A stretch of 64,000 bases of DNA from Acidovorax sp. (GCA_047601665.1 JASGIT010000001.1:96638-160637); one strand, 5' to 3'. Positions 34,031 to 43,624 are shown, counted from the first letter of the stretch. The notes: a model not told the origin generated them from the letters alone. A program made the numbers and translations.

Positions 34031-34736
34031 CCCCCTGCCCAACGCCGCAAGGATCGTGGTGATCGACGACGAGCCCCAGATTCGCCGGTTCCTCGACATC
34101 AGCCTGCGCGCACAGGGCTACAAGGTGGGCCTGGCGGCCAGCGGCAGGGAGGGGCTGGACATGCTGGCGGCCCACGGCGCCGATCTGGTGGTGCTCGACA
34201 TCGGCCTGCCCGACATGGACGGACACGAAGTGCTGCGCGAGCTGCGCGGCTGGTCGCAGGTGCCGGTCATCATGCTCACGGTGCGCGCCGGCGAGGCGGA
34301 GAAAGTCGCCGCACTGGATGCCGGCGCCAACGACTACGTGACCAAACCCTTCGGCACGCAGGAACTGATGGCGCGCATCCGGGTGCTGCTGCGGCAGCAC
34401 GCGGGGAGTCCCGAGGACGCGGCGGTATTCGACGACGGCCTCCTGCACATCGACCTGGCGAGGCGCGAGGTTCGGCTCGAGGGCGAACGCCTGGCGCTGG
34501 GCCGCAAGGAATACGCGCTGCTGGCATTGCTGCTGAAAAGCAGCGGGCGGGTCGTGACGCAGCCGCAGATACTCAAGGAACTGTGGGGATCGACCCACAC
34601 CGGCGATACGCACTACGTGCGGGTGCTGGTGGGCAAGCTGCGGCAGAAGCTCGGGGACGATGCGGCGCAGCCGCGCTGGATCGCCACCGAGCCAGGGGTG
34701 GGGCTGAGGTTCCTTCCAAAGACCGACATGGAGTAA
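34020..34736 (+). CDS. kdpE: OmpR-family response regulator KdpE
   Basis: REC domain (IVVIDDEPQIRRF..VVLDIGLPDMDG) plus a winged-helix output domain. Overlaps the kdpD stop by 11 nt. Confidence 0.93.
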   Translation: MPTDPLPNAARIVVIDDEPQIRRFLDISLRAQGYKVGLAASGREGLDMLAAHGADLVVLDIGLPDMDGHEVLRELRGWSQVPVIMLTVRAGEAEKVAALDAGANDYVTKPFGTQELMARIRVLLRQHAGSPEDAAVFDDGLLHIDLARREVRLEGERLALGRKEYALLALLLKSSGRVVTQPQILKELWGSTHTGDTHYVRVLVGKLRQKLGDDAAQPRWIATEPGVGLRFLPKTDME

Positions 34737-35370
34737 CGCCGCGCCTTGGCTTTCCGCAAGTGCGCAGCACGCGCCTCCAGAGCCGGAGGCGGTCGGGTAG
34801 CGGCGGCGCATTGCTGCACCGCCGCCCCATAAGAGCCGGACGTGCGAAGGTACGGCGATGGCCCAGGTATTCAGTCCATTGCGGATCGAACGGTTGAGCG
34901 GCTGCGGGAGCCTTAATGTGGCGGGTTATCGCCACTGTCGATGCAAGGAAGAGTTCGGCTCCGGCAGTTACGCAGTCTGTCCATGCGAGCTGAGCATCTC
35001 GCTGATTGATTCGATAAGTCGGATCGGATTGGAGCTAGTCCCGTTGCCACTGGCGTTTGCGAGCACGCTGGCAGTCCAGCAAGGAGCAGAAGGCTTGATT
35101 GGGAACTTGGGGGCGGGGGAAAAGGGGTTGCCGCAGCAGGCGCAGCGTTTGGTCATGTCGGGGTCCAAGCGATACGCAGCCGCGCAGCGGAGTTTTAGGA
35201 AGTGGAGCCGATATTCCACTCACACATGACCAGGTGGTCCCTTCCTTCGCGATCACTCAGGCCGGTGATGTAACCAGTTGGAATTGCCCTGTGCGCATTC
35301 CAGCGATGCTGAACCGTCAATCTTGGAACGTGAACGCCCGAATGGCATGTCCACTCAGTTGACTCCAACC

Positions 35371-36978
35371 GGCCAATTCTGTTGAAAAACTCGCCTTGGA
35401 AGGCAGACTGGGTTCCCTGGTTCAGCACCAGCGAACGTCGCAATGAGTGTTGGGCATTGAGATCAGAAGGGGTTGCCCCCTTCCTGATCATCAAATCCCT
35501 TGCGTTGCCAGACCTTCCGCGGCGGGCATCAACCACTTCGCCGCAGATTCTGGGCCGTGGCCGCCATCAGGAACTCATCGCGTGCTCCGCTGAGGCCACG
35601 CAGTCTCAGACGATCAAGCTTCAGGATGCGTTTGAGATGGGCGAACAGCATCTCCACCTTCTTGCGATCGCGCCGGGACTGCTGGTACTCCGGTGTCTGG
35701 GCAATGGAACGTGCCACGTCACGCGCATTCTCGTGAATGCTGCGGGCGATCTTGCGGTGGGGCGTGTTGGGGCAGCAGCGCTCCTTGAGTGAACATGCCG
35801 CGCAGTCCATTTGGCTGGCCCGATAGATGACAGTATCGGCTTTGGTGATGTGGGTACGCGGATTCTTGAACTGGCGCCACTCGCTGCGCAGCGGGTGACC
35901 TTCGGGGCAGGTGTATTCGTTACGATCGGCGCTCCATTCAAAGTCGCTGATCGTCAGACTGCCATCCTTGCGGCCGGTCTTGTCCCACACTGGCACATGC
36001 GGCGCAATTCTCTTGTCCTCGACCATCCACGCGAGCATCGGTGCTGTGCCGTAGGCCGTATCTCCGACCAGGCAGCGTGGTTTGAGCTGGAATCGCTGCT
36101 CCACACGGTTGATCATCGTACGGGTGGAATCGACTTCTTCCGTCCGGTGCGCTGGCGTGGCCTCCACATCCACGATGATGCCTGCGGCCAAGTCAATCAG
36201 GTAGTTGGTCGAGTAGGCATAGAACGCAGGACCACCCGGTGCTGCAGTCCAGCGCGCAGCCGGATCGGTCAGAGAGATGTTCTTGGGCGGAACGCCCGGC
36301 CCCGAGCGCTCCGCAGGCGAGTCGTCTGCCACGGGGTTGTTCTCTTCAAGTCCAGCCAGGTACTCGCGAACCGCACGGCTGCATCCATTGCCCTTGCGCC
36401 AATCGATCTCTTCGTCGGAAACACCTCGTGCCCGGTTGGCATCGGCTTTGATGACGCTGGCGTCAATAGCGAAGCCTTCGCCGCGCACTAGTCCTTCAAC
36501 CATACAGCGGCGCAGCACCGTCTCGAAGACAAACGGAAAGCATCGCTCTGACGAAACCGGCCATGGCGGTTCTTGGAGAAGGTGGAGTGGTCAGGCACCC
36601 GGTCTTCCAAGCCCAGTCGGCAGAACCAGCGATAGGCCAGATTCAGATGAACCTCCTCGCACAACCGGCGCTCGGAGCGGATGCCGAAGCAATAGCCCAC
36701 GAGCAGCATGCGGATCATGAGCTCGGGGTCGATGGAGGGGCGGCCCGTGTGGCTGTAGAACGGGGCCAGATGCTGGCGCAGTGCGCCCAGATCCAGGAAC
36801 CGATCGACACCCCGCAGCAGGTGGTCGCGCGGAATGTGATCGGCCAGGTTGAATGCGTAGAAGAGCTGATCCTGGCTTGCCTTCTGTCCCATCATGGTGT
36901 GCGCCTCCGTCAGTGACGAAGGACTACCCACCGCTGATCCGGTTCCCGGACAAGGGGAGTTTTTCAACACAATAGGCC
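35371..36978 (-). mobile_element. IS1182-family insertion sequence, inactivated copy
   Basis: About 28-bp imperfect terminal inverted repeats: GGCCAATTCTGTTGAAAAACTCGCCTTG (35371-35398) against CAAGGGGAGTTTTTCAACACAATAGGCC (36951-36978). They enclose a split transposase gene. Confidence 0.8.
35529..36895 (-). pseudogene. IS1182-family transposase, frame-disrupted
   Basis: The N-terminal part (MMGQKASQDQLFYAFNL...NRHGRFRQSDAFR) and the DDE part (LRRCMVEGLV...EFLMAATAQNLRR) lie in different frames and join near 36500-36530. The C-terminus also seems shifted, since an ...AKWLMPAAEGL continuation lies in another frame. Confidence 0.75.
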
Positions 36979-37079
36979 ATGAGCTGTCCTTCCGGATGCT
37001 GCGGGTGGGACCGCTTCAGGCGGCGGATTCAACCGGTCGATGCAACACAATAACCACCCCTGGCGGAAGGAGTGCTTGC

Positions 37080-37460
37080 ATGAAGCAAAGGCCACGGATC
37101 TACTACACCGAGACGCAGAAGGCGCTGATGTGGGAGCGCTGGAAAGCTGACGATACCTTGCACCAGATCGGCAAGTTGTTCGATTGATCGCACATCTCCA
37201 TTCAGAACATCCTGGCAGCGACCGGCGGCATCCGCCCCCCCGCGCGCCATCGGTTTTGTCTGGCACTACCCCTGGCTGAGCGCAAGGAAGCCTCTCGGGC
37301 ATTGGCTGCGGGCGAGTCCATTCATTGCGTTGCGGCTCGTTTGGGCAGAGCCGCATCCACCGTCAGCCGCGAGCTTCACCGTAACGGGGGCAAGAGCTGC
37401 TACCGGACCGCGCGAGCCGAAGAGGTAGCATGGGAACGCGCGCACCGCCCCAAGCCATGC
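37080..37460 (+). pseudogene. IS30-family transposase, N-terminal fragment with an in-frame TGA
   Basis: MKQRPRIYYTETQKALMWERWKADDTLHQIGKLFD-stop-SHISIQNILAATGGIRP...STVSRELHRNGG...RPKPC. TGA at 37185-37187 sits where relatives have Arg. The fragment is truncated at about 37460 by IS66 sequence. Confidence 0.7.
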
Positions 37461-37783
37461 ACATCGACATGCTGTGGCTATGCTCCCAGCCGCAGGACAT
37501 GCGCGCCGGCGCTGACCGGTTGCTCAACATCGTCGGGATGGCGCGTGCGCACCACGACTACCTGTTTGCCAACCTGCGCACCACGCGCATCAAGCTGCTC
37601 GTGCACTACGGCTTCGGTATGTGGTGCGCCACGCGCCGTCTGCACGAGGGGCACTTCGTCTGGCTGGAGCGTGCGCCAGGGCAGGTTGCAACGCTGCAGC
37701 TCAGCACGCGGCCGTTCGAAGCCCTGACGGTCGGCCTGCCCTGGCAGCGCCTGGGCGAGTTCAGCGTCATCAGCCGGACGTGA
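37457..37783 (+). CDS. tnpB: IS66-family accessory protein TnpB, orphan second copy
   Basis: MHIDMLWLCSQPQDMRAGADRLL...TRIKLLVHYGFGMWCATRRLHEGHFVW aligns by eye along its length with the intact TnpB at 60338-60679. No tnpA lies upstream. Confidence 0.7.
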   Translation: MHIDMLWLCSQPQDMRAGADRLLNIVGMARAHHDYLFANLRTTRIKLLVHYGFGMWCATRRLHEGHFVWLERAPGQVATLQLSTRPFEALTVGLPWQRLGEFSVISRT

Positions 37784-37789
37784 GGATTA

Positions 37790-38050
37790 CCGGCAGCCCA
37801 GCGCCGCCGTTGACATCGCATCTGCCGATGCGCAGCGCCTGGCAACTCGTGCAATATGCCGAACATGCTCGGCGATACCGCTGCTTCCTCCATCGACATG
37901 GCGCAATTGCCGTCGGAGGCGGCCGCGTTGGTCACGCGGTTGCACCAGCAGGTGCAGGCCCAAGCACGGGAGATAGCTTGAGCGCTCGCCAAGCTCGAGA
38001 AGGTCACCCTCAAACTCGTGGAGTACGTTGCCTTCGCCGGATCTACGATT
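37790..38050 (+). pseudogene. IS66-family transposase TnpC, degenerate N-terminal remnant
   Basis: Reads ...LPSEAAALVTRLHQQVQAQAREIA-stop-ALAKLEKVTLKLVEY..., resembling the coiled-coil N-terminus of TnpC (compare 60748 onward). It has stops and no catalytic part. Confidence 0.55.
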
Positions 38051-38199
38051 GTCTCTTGGTGATCACGGGCGCAGAACCGCATCAAGGTGACAGGACACTA
38101 GCGTTCGCCTCCAGCTCAGGATCAGCGGGCACGTCGAGGGGGAGAGCAACTGCACCGCTTCTGGAACTGGACACTGCGCGAGCCCTAGCCTTGGGCACG

Positions 38200-38697
38200 C
38201 TACGCTGCGGCGACCGCCATCTCGATTCGTCGCATGGACATTGGCAAGGCCGCGTACACCGCCGAATGCAGGATCACAGATGAGGTGAAAGACGCGGCGT
38301 TAAAGCCGATCCAGGGATATGTGAACAGAGAGGAATCGACAAGCAAGGTCGCGACGCCTGGCATGACGGGGGCAGCGAAAGGCGGGATGGCTCCTGCCTC
38401 CAGTCCATCACTTGCCTCGTGTACCTCCTGCGCACTCGCGAAGCGGAAGGCGCCGAGCTCGCGCCGCACAGCGTTGCTGTCGAGTCTGTGCATGCCTGGC
38501 AGCACTAGTAGTACGAAGCTAGGCGTCTTGCGTGGCACCACGATCAGCGCCTTGGCACCCACCGCCTCGGGGTACCCGGCCTGGCTTCGTGCCGCGAGGC
38601 TCTCCGCTGAACTGCGACACGGGGGATGCTCGATCACTTGATGCGCCGCCCCTGTCTCTCGCAGAAAGCCGTGCAGGCGTAGTTGTGGTGCTTTCAT
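38200..38697 (-). CDS. YbaK/EbsC/ProX-type aminoacyl-tRNA trans-editing (deacylase) domain protein
   Basis: 165 aa from ATG 38697. Fold-typical blocks GAKALIVVPRK..FVLLVLPGMHRLDSNAVRRELG and IPPFAAP. Lies 11 nt downstream of the oxygenase stop. A GTG at 38742 is an alternative start. Confidence 0.65.
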   Translation of the reverse strand: MKAPQLRLHGFLRETGAAHQVIEHPPCRSSAESLAARSQAGYPEAVGAKALIVVPRKTPSFVLLVLPGMHRLDSNAVRRELGAFRFASAQEVHEASDGLEAGAIPPFAAPVMPGVATLLVDSSLFTYPWIGFNAASFTSSVILHSAVYAALPMSMRRIEMAVAAA

Positions 38698-38708
38698 GCC
38701 GGAAGAGC

Positions 38709-39665
38709 CTAGTTTTTGGGGGGCAGGGCATGGGACGGCCACAGCGACCGCATGGCTTTAGCGGCGTCGAAGCGATGGGACTCGCCCGGAGACGAAGCGA
38801 GTTTCCAGTGCAGACGAAGGTCCGAGTTGAAGTAGGCGCGCACAGCCGCGCGGTCGGCACTAGTAGTCGCTTCGCGTGCGTGGAGCCCATAGCGATTGGG
38901 CAGGACAAGCAACGTTCCAGGCTCAAGTGCTACCCATTGCATGCGGTCCATCGCTAATTCACGAAGGAATTCGATCACGGCATGACCCAGGCGATCATTC
39001 GGATCAGCCGGGCGGACTGCATAAGTCGCCAGAGCAATGCGCGGCACGACATTGCGTTCGCCGTGAACCAGGGGAACGGGGCCAATCCAGACTTCGCCCA
39101 GACCCAGGCTCAGCGGCGCACGCAGCAACCACTTCTTCGAGCGCGCGTGCTGTTCGAAGGCGCGTGGAGCGCCTTCGAACAGCTCTAAACCGCGCACCCA
39201 GCCGGTACGCACGCCAGAGACATTTTTCAGCCCGCTGAGCACAATGTCCTCCGGGGACAGAGGACCGAGAGCGCTGTCGTCAGCATGCGGCAGGAACTCC
39301 CCGGGTGTCGCATTGGTGTTGTCAGGCGCGCCAGCCTTCGGCTCCAGAAGCTGGAAGAGCCCGCCCTGCGAAACCCAGTTCCATGGCGAGCCGCGGCGCG
39401 CGATTGCGGCCACCGCGGCAAGAACGAGAGCCGCTTGCTGGTAGTCGGCATCATCGGGAATCGGCAGGCCGCTGACCAACGTTGCGTCATCCTTCGCCAT
39501 CAGGCGCAGCTCATGGATCGCGGAGTCGAAGGGAAGCAAGGGCACGGCGAGATTGCTGGCCAGGTGAATATCGTGTTCGGAATTGATCCGGACGGTCTGG
39601 CGTGCCAAGTCGAGGGCGTGCGACAGTTGGTCGCGGCTCTTGGGCGAGAGAGAGATGCGTTGCAT
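38709..39665 (-). CDS. clavaminate-synthase-like / TauD-superfamily Fe(II)/2-oxoglutarate oxygenase (amino-acid hydroxylase-like)
   Basis: 318 aa. AAGGAG lies 7 nt upstream of ATG 39665. Candidate facial triad H-x-D in EFLPHADDS plus a distal His and Arg in NRYGLHAREA. The layout resembles VioC/AsnO-type hydroxylases. Confidence 0.6.
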   Translation of the reverse strand: MQRISLSPKSRDQLSHALDLARQTVRINSEHDIHLASNLAVPLLPFDSAIHELRLMAKDDATLVSGLPIPDDADYQQAALVLAAVAAIARRGSPWNWVSQGGLFQLLEPKAGAPDNTNATPGEFLPHADDSALGPLSPEDIVLSGLKNVSGVRTGWVRGLELFEGAPRAFEQHARSKKWLLRAPLSLGLGEVWIGPVPLVHGERNVVPRIALATYAVRPADPNDRLGHAVIEFLRELAMDRMQWVALEPGTLLVLPNRYGLHAREATTSADRAAVRAYFNSDLRLHWKLASSPGESHRFDAAKAMRSLWPSHALPPKN

Positions 39666-39902
39666 GGTCTAGCTCCTTTTCGTATGAGGTCCGTTGAGGT
39701 GGCGGGTGCAAAGGATGCGCACCGCATACAAGAAGAATCGCAAAAGCATCTCTCCATAGCCAGCGCTGTTTGGGGTAGCGATGGCGATCGGGACGCGACG
39801 ACTCCCTAGTGGCGCGAGCGGAAAAATCAGGTTGCGACGAGAATCCCTAGCGGCTGGGGACTGTGGTTCGTCTCCGTGCCGCCTACGACCAGGAGGAACC
39901 CA

Positions 39903-42900
39903 GTGGCCGCCGGTACGAACAGAAGCAGTCCCTACAGCCAAGCTGAGATTGAGGCTCTTTGGGCTGCGCTCGTCGAGGATGCGCGCAGCCCCAAAAAGCA
40001 GCATGAGTTGCTGGAAACGCTGAAAATAAAACGCAGCCTTTCCAGCCTTATCGATCGCAAGATCGGGCTTGGCGTGCAATTGCGTTGGAACCTGGCGATG
40101 CTGATCCTGACGGGCCGCGCCGGTCCAGCACCCAGCGAGGGAAAGGCATTGCTTGTGAAAGAGGTCAGGAAGCTCCTGGAGCTCACGACTGACTTCTTTC
40201 AGCTCAATCACGCAAATAGTGGCAGCAAGAAGGACGATAAGTCTGCGCTCCAGACGCGCATGGCAACCCTTCTTGTCGCGGCGCGCGACATTGCGGCCCT
40301 CGAGCGGCTCTGCGGGGTGCTGGCCAAGCGCTTCAGGGACGCCTACTTAGAAGCGCTGGGCGTTGATCAACTAACTGCGAACCAATTCCTCAGCCCCGTC
40401 TTTGGTCCGCAAGCGGTGCAGACCTTCATCCACCTGCTATGTACCGGGCATCTTCCGCTTGAGGTGCACACAACCCTGGTTTCGCAGGTCGACTACATCC
40501 CCAGCGACGAAAGAGACCACGAGTTCATGGTCCTTCTGGCACGGCTCGCTGGGCCGACCGATCGCCCCATCCAGGGGATCGCGATGCCGGGCTCCCCTAG
40601 CGGCCAGTGCGCAGTGGCACATGAGCTGGTGCGACGCCTGCAGGCGCCTGGCTCGGCAGGCGACTCGGACGCGCGGCCGATTGTCATGCTGCCCTGCGGT
40701 CGCCAGTACCGCAATCCGCACCATTGCGGCTTGGACTTTCTAGTGCAGAACCTGCTTTCGTTCTACGAGCGCCGGGAATTGCGCCATGACGTGCCCTCAC
40801 TCAGCGCCGACGAAATGCAAGGCGCGATCAAGGCGCTTCGCCAGCATCTTTGCCGCCGACCCATCATCGTCGTGCTGGTGGGCTATGAAGTAGTGCGTGG
40901 CTGTCAGCCGGCCTTGCGCCGCGCCATCCGCGACGAACCCTTGGCCCAGTTGCTGCCTCTCGTGATCCATCCCGGGGTCGGCAGTCTTGAGCTTCCGACT
41001 GCAGCCGCGACGTTTCAGAAGACAAGATGGATCATCTTCTCCGATGGCGAATTGGACTTGCTGGAGCCCTACTGCTCCAAGACCATCTGGATGCCGCCGC
41101 CCCCACCTGAAGCCGAAGAGAAAATCTTCAGCATGTTTACCAAGGAGCATCGGCATATCGCGCAGTTGCGCGAGATTTCCGCCTTATCTCCATTGCCGCT
41201 CTCCGAAGCCAAAGCCTGCACCGCATTGCAGATGATGGAGCTGAAGCAGTTTCGGGGGCCGCCTTTTGCGGGTGCATACGACGGCAGTGAACTTGGAAAC
41301 GGCATTCTGGCTCGTTTTGCCGAGGTTGTGCGCACTTGTGCTCCTCCCTTGGAGGCCGCCGCACTTCACCTGATTGCATTGGCCGGTGCCGGGCTTCGCC
41401 ATACCACGCTGTGGCAGTGCCTGCATGCATGGCGCCTCATCCCTCGCCCAACCGGCACGTTACCTTGTCCCGCACTACCTGAGGTCGAGGAGGCGGTGGC
41501 ATGGATGGACGAACTGCTGGATAACTACCAACGCGTGATCTACGACGGTATTGATGAGAGTGAGCCCAGTCTGAATCCACTGGACCATCCTTTCGAGTAT
41601 GTTGGTCATAGTGCCGCCTGCAATATGCAGGCGGAGTTGAAAAAGAACGACGCGCTCAAGAAGCAGGCTGCTTTCGTCCACAGATCGCTCGATTTTCGCT
41701 TCGTCGAAGTGCGAGAAGCGCTCACCGAGGACATGCGATTGCATGGTCCTTCCTGGTATGTGCAATCTCTCCACCGTGTATTGGCAAATGAAGCATTGCG
41801 GCAACACGCGCTGCTTGTGCGTCATGAGGCACCACAGTACCGCACGGCTCTGCGCGACGAGAGACGCGCACTCGAAGGGCTGTACCACGGTCTGCTGGCC
41901 CTTCCTGAGGTGGATACGTTACCGGAGACGACGCCGGAGCCCTGCCTTGCACATGCGGCTCCGGCCAGCGGCCTTCCGGGGGATTCCGTCGCTGCGTTTC
42001 AGTTCTTGCGCCGGGTGGTCTTTGGCAATCTTCTCGAGCGCAAGGACCAGTACCGTCTAAGCCGCCGCTGGGCTGCGGATGACATCAAGCTGGATGTCCT
42101 GGAGCTGATTCACTTGGCTTTCGCCACTACAGCGGATCGAGGGGCCGGGTTGAGCTTGCACCCCCTGTGGCACGCGAGGGGCCTGGTTCCCGATGCTGTG
42201 CTGACCTTGCGGCAGCACTGCGAGAGCATTGCCGTTGCTGCCTATGGCGCCAATGACATGGTGCGTTGGAACGACTTCACTGCCGGAGTTGGTGGGATGC
42301 ATGAGCTGACCGGGGACATTCCACTGCTGAAGCGTGTGGCCTTTGACATGTCGATGATCAGTCATGGTCCTGGCGCCGATCGAACCATCAGCATGGTCAT
42401 CCCCCCTCTTGAGGAGATGGGAGTCAAGGCCGAATCCTTCACCCGGGCGCCGTGGCGCAACGGCCGTCAGACTGGACTGGTCGTTCCTGACCCCAAGGAA
42501 CTGGAGACCTTTCTGGCCGACTGTCTATCGAATGCCTGCCACTCTCCACCTGCGCAATGGACGTCGTTGTCGGACTGGTTTGTCCGCCTGGGCGAGCTTC
42601 GCTACCAGCAGGCGCAAGCGAAAGGCGCGCGAGAGACCGTCCGTTGGCAACTTACCATGGAGTGCTTCGTGCAGGCGCAGATCGCCACGCGCTTGCGGAT
42701 GACTACATTGAATCACGAAGGGCTCTCAGGCAGTTCGCATCTTTCTGCAAGAGGCATCCGTCTGCTGGCCCGTGCAGCCCTGGATCTTCTGCGTTATCTG
42801 ATAAATGTTCGTGCCGATGCGGCAGCCGGGTTGGCCCCCACGCTGCGCGAATACCTTGTGGCTCAAGCCCGCCAGGCTCTCGACGCCTATGCCCTAAGCC

Positions 42901-43352
42901 GGGGCTACAACGAGCCGGATTGCGCGGGCATGCTTATCCTCGAGTCTCGATTTGCGCGGGTGGCTGGGCGAGAGGGCCCGCATCGCCACAGACGCCACCG
43001 CATTGCACTCGATTTTCTCCATGAAGCAGAAGGCCGCCTTTCGGGCATGCGCACGCGACACCGCTTGTGGCTGCACCTGCTTATCGAGCACTGCGCCACT
43101 TTGCGTGGCCTCGCCGCCGAAGCCATGGAGGAGCCTAAGTGGCCTGGCGAGCGCCGCATGGAAGTCGCGCGTCGCCTGTTGGGCTTGGCCCTGGCAGACG
43201 TCCGCCAACTGGAAAATATCATTGAAGCAGCCTACCCTGCGCAGCACACACGCGACGACTCGCGACGAGCCCTTTCAAAGTCTTGGCGGGACGCTGTAGA
43301 TCATCAGCGCAAACTGACGCATGAGCTGATCAAGAAGCTCCCTGCCGGATGA
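39903..43352 (+). CDS. large orphan protein (~1149 aa), possible degenerate STAND/P-loop-like core with a long helical-repeat C-terminus
   Basis: GTG 39903 lies 6 nt after a perfect AGGAGG; the listed ORF start at 39876 is in frame. Walker-A-like GIAMPGSPSGQCAVAHEL lacks the GK[ST]. Walker-B-like RRPIIVVLVGYE lacks an acidic pair. The C-terminal ~600 aa are Leu/Ala/Arg-rich amphipathic helices. No TM helix or signal peptide. Confidence 0.6.
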   Translation: MAAGTNRSSPYSQAEIEALWAALVEDARSPKKQHELLETLKIKRSLSSLIDRKIGLGVQLRWNLAMLILTGRAGPAPSEGKALLVKEVRKLLELTTDFFQLNHANSGSKKDDKSALQTRMATLLVAARDIAALERLCGVLAKRFRDAYLEALGVDQLTANQFLSPVFGPQAVQTFIHLLCTGHLPLEVHTTLVSQVDYIPSDERDHEFMVLLARLAGPTDRPIQGIAMPGSPSGQCAVAHELVRRLQAPGSAGDSDARPIVMLPCGRQYRNPHHCGLDFLVQNLLSFYERRELRHDVPSLSADEMQGAIKALRQHLCRRPIIVVLVGYEVVRGCQPALRRAIRDEPLAQLLPLVIHPGVGSLELPTAAATFQKTRWIIFSDGELDLLEPYCSKTIWMPPPPPEAEEKIFSMFTKEHRHIAQLREISALSPLPLSEAKACTALQMMELKQFRGPPFAGAYDGSELGNGILARFAEVVRTCAPPLEAAALHLIALAGAGLRHTTLWQCLHAWRLIPRPTGTLPCPALPEVEEAVAWMDELLDNYQRVIYDGIDESEPSLNPLDHPFEYVGHSAACNMQAELKKNDALKKQAAFVHRSLDFRFVEVREALTEDMRLHGPSWYVQSLHRVLANEALRQHALLVRHEAPQYRTALRDERRALEGLYHGLLALPEVDTLPETTPEPCLAHAAPASGLPGDSVAAFQFLRRVVFGNLLERKDQYRLSRRWAADDIKLDVLELIHLAFATTADRGAGLSLHPLWHARGLVPDAVLTLRQHCESIAVAAYGANDMVRWNDFTAGVGGMHELTGDIPLLKRVAFDMSMISHGPGADRTISMVIPPLEEMGVKAESFTRAPWRNGRQTGLVVPDPKELETFLADCLSNACHSPPAQWTSLSDWFVRLGELRYQQAQAKGARETVRWQLTMECFVQAQIATRLRMTTLNHEGLSGSSHLSARGIRLLARAALDLLRYLINVRADAAAGLAPTLREYLVAQARQALDAYALSRGYNEPDCAGMLILESRFARVAGREGPHRHRRHRIALDFLHEAEGRLSGMRTRHRLWLHLLIEHCATLRGLAAEAMEEPKWPGERRMEVARRLLGLALADVRQLENIIEAAYPAQHTRDDSRRALSKSWRDAVDHQRKLTHELIKKLPAG

Positions 43353-43624
43353 ACACGCAGCTTATTGATTTCCATCGTGCTTGCGACGACGACTCCTACC
43401 TGTGCCGCAATCGCTGGCGCGCTTCGGAATTTGCTGCTCACTGCGAGCGAAGAGATTCTGGCGGATCGGATTTGGCTGACTGATGGCAGTGCCACAGCCA
43501 AAGCTATTGCAGCTTCAAGCGATGGCCGGCGCTGAGCGCATTCCAAGAATGACGACGACATCGCGTACGGGATGTAAACGTGACAGTCTTCTCACGCTAG
43601 CCATTCAAGGTTGCAAGCCCGCCC

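Noticed and set aside
34930-34965. Possible attR-like repeat of the tRNA-Thr 3' end (GTTCGGCTCCGGCAG versus GTTCGATTCATCTCTCCGGCACC).
   Set aside because: Only short interrupted identity that requires an 8-nt gap. Not distinguishable from chance without a proper alignment.
34968-35256. Small Cys-rich reading frames (MTKRCACCGNPFSP... and ..PQVPNQAFCS.LDCQRARKRQWQRD) that together resemble a CxxC zinc-ribbon protein often seen near IS elements.
   Set aside because: The similarity is spread over two frames, so at least one frameshift is needed. It rests only on my memory of an uncharacterised family. At best it is a decayed pseudogene, so it is not listed as a feature.
39669-40211. 180-aa minus-strand ORF spanning the oxygenase/giant-gene intergenic region.
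   Set aside because: It overlaps the well-supported start of the giant gene on the opposite strand and has no SD or motif. Likely spurious.
43304-43561. 85-aa minus-strand ORF downstream of mobile mystery protein A, considered as a Fic remnant because of ..KLRVHPAGS...
   Set aside because: It has no HPFxxGNGR motif, is low-complexity Ser/Ala-rich, and overlaps the 3' end of the convergent giant gene. The similarity is too weak to call.
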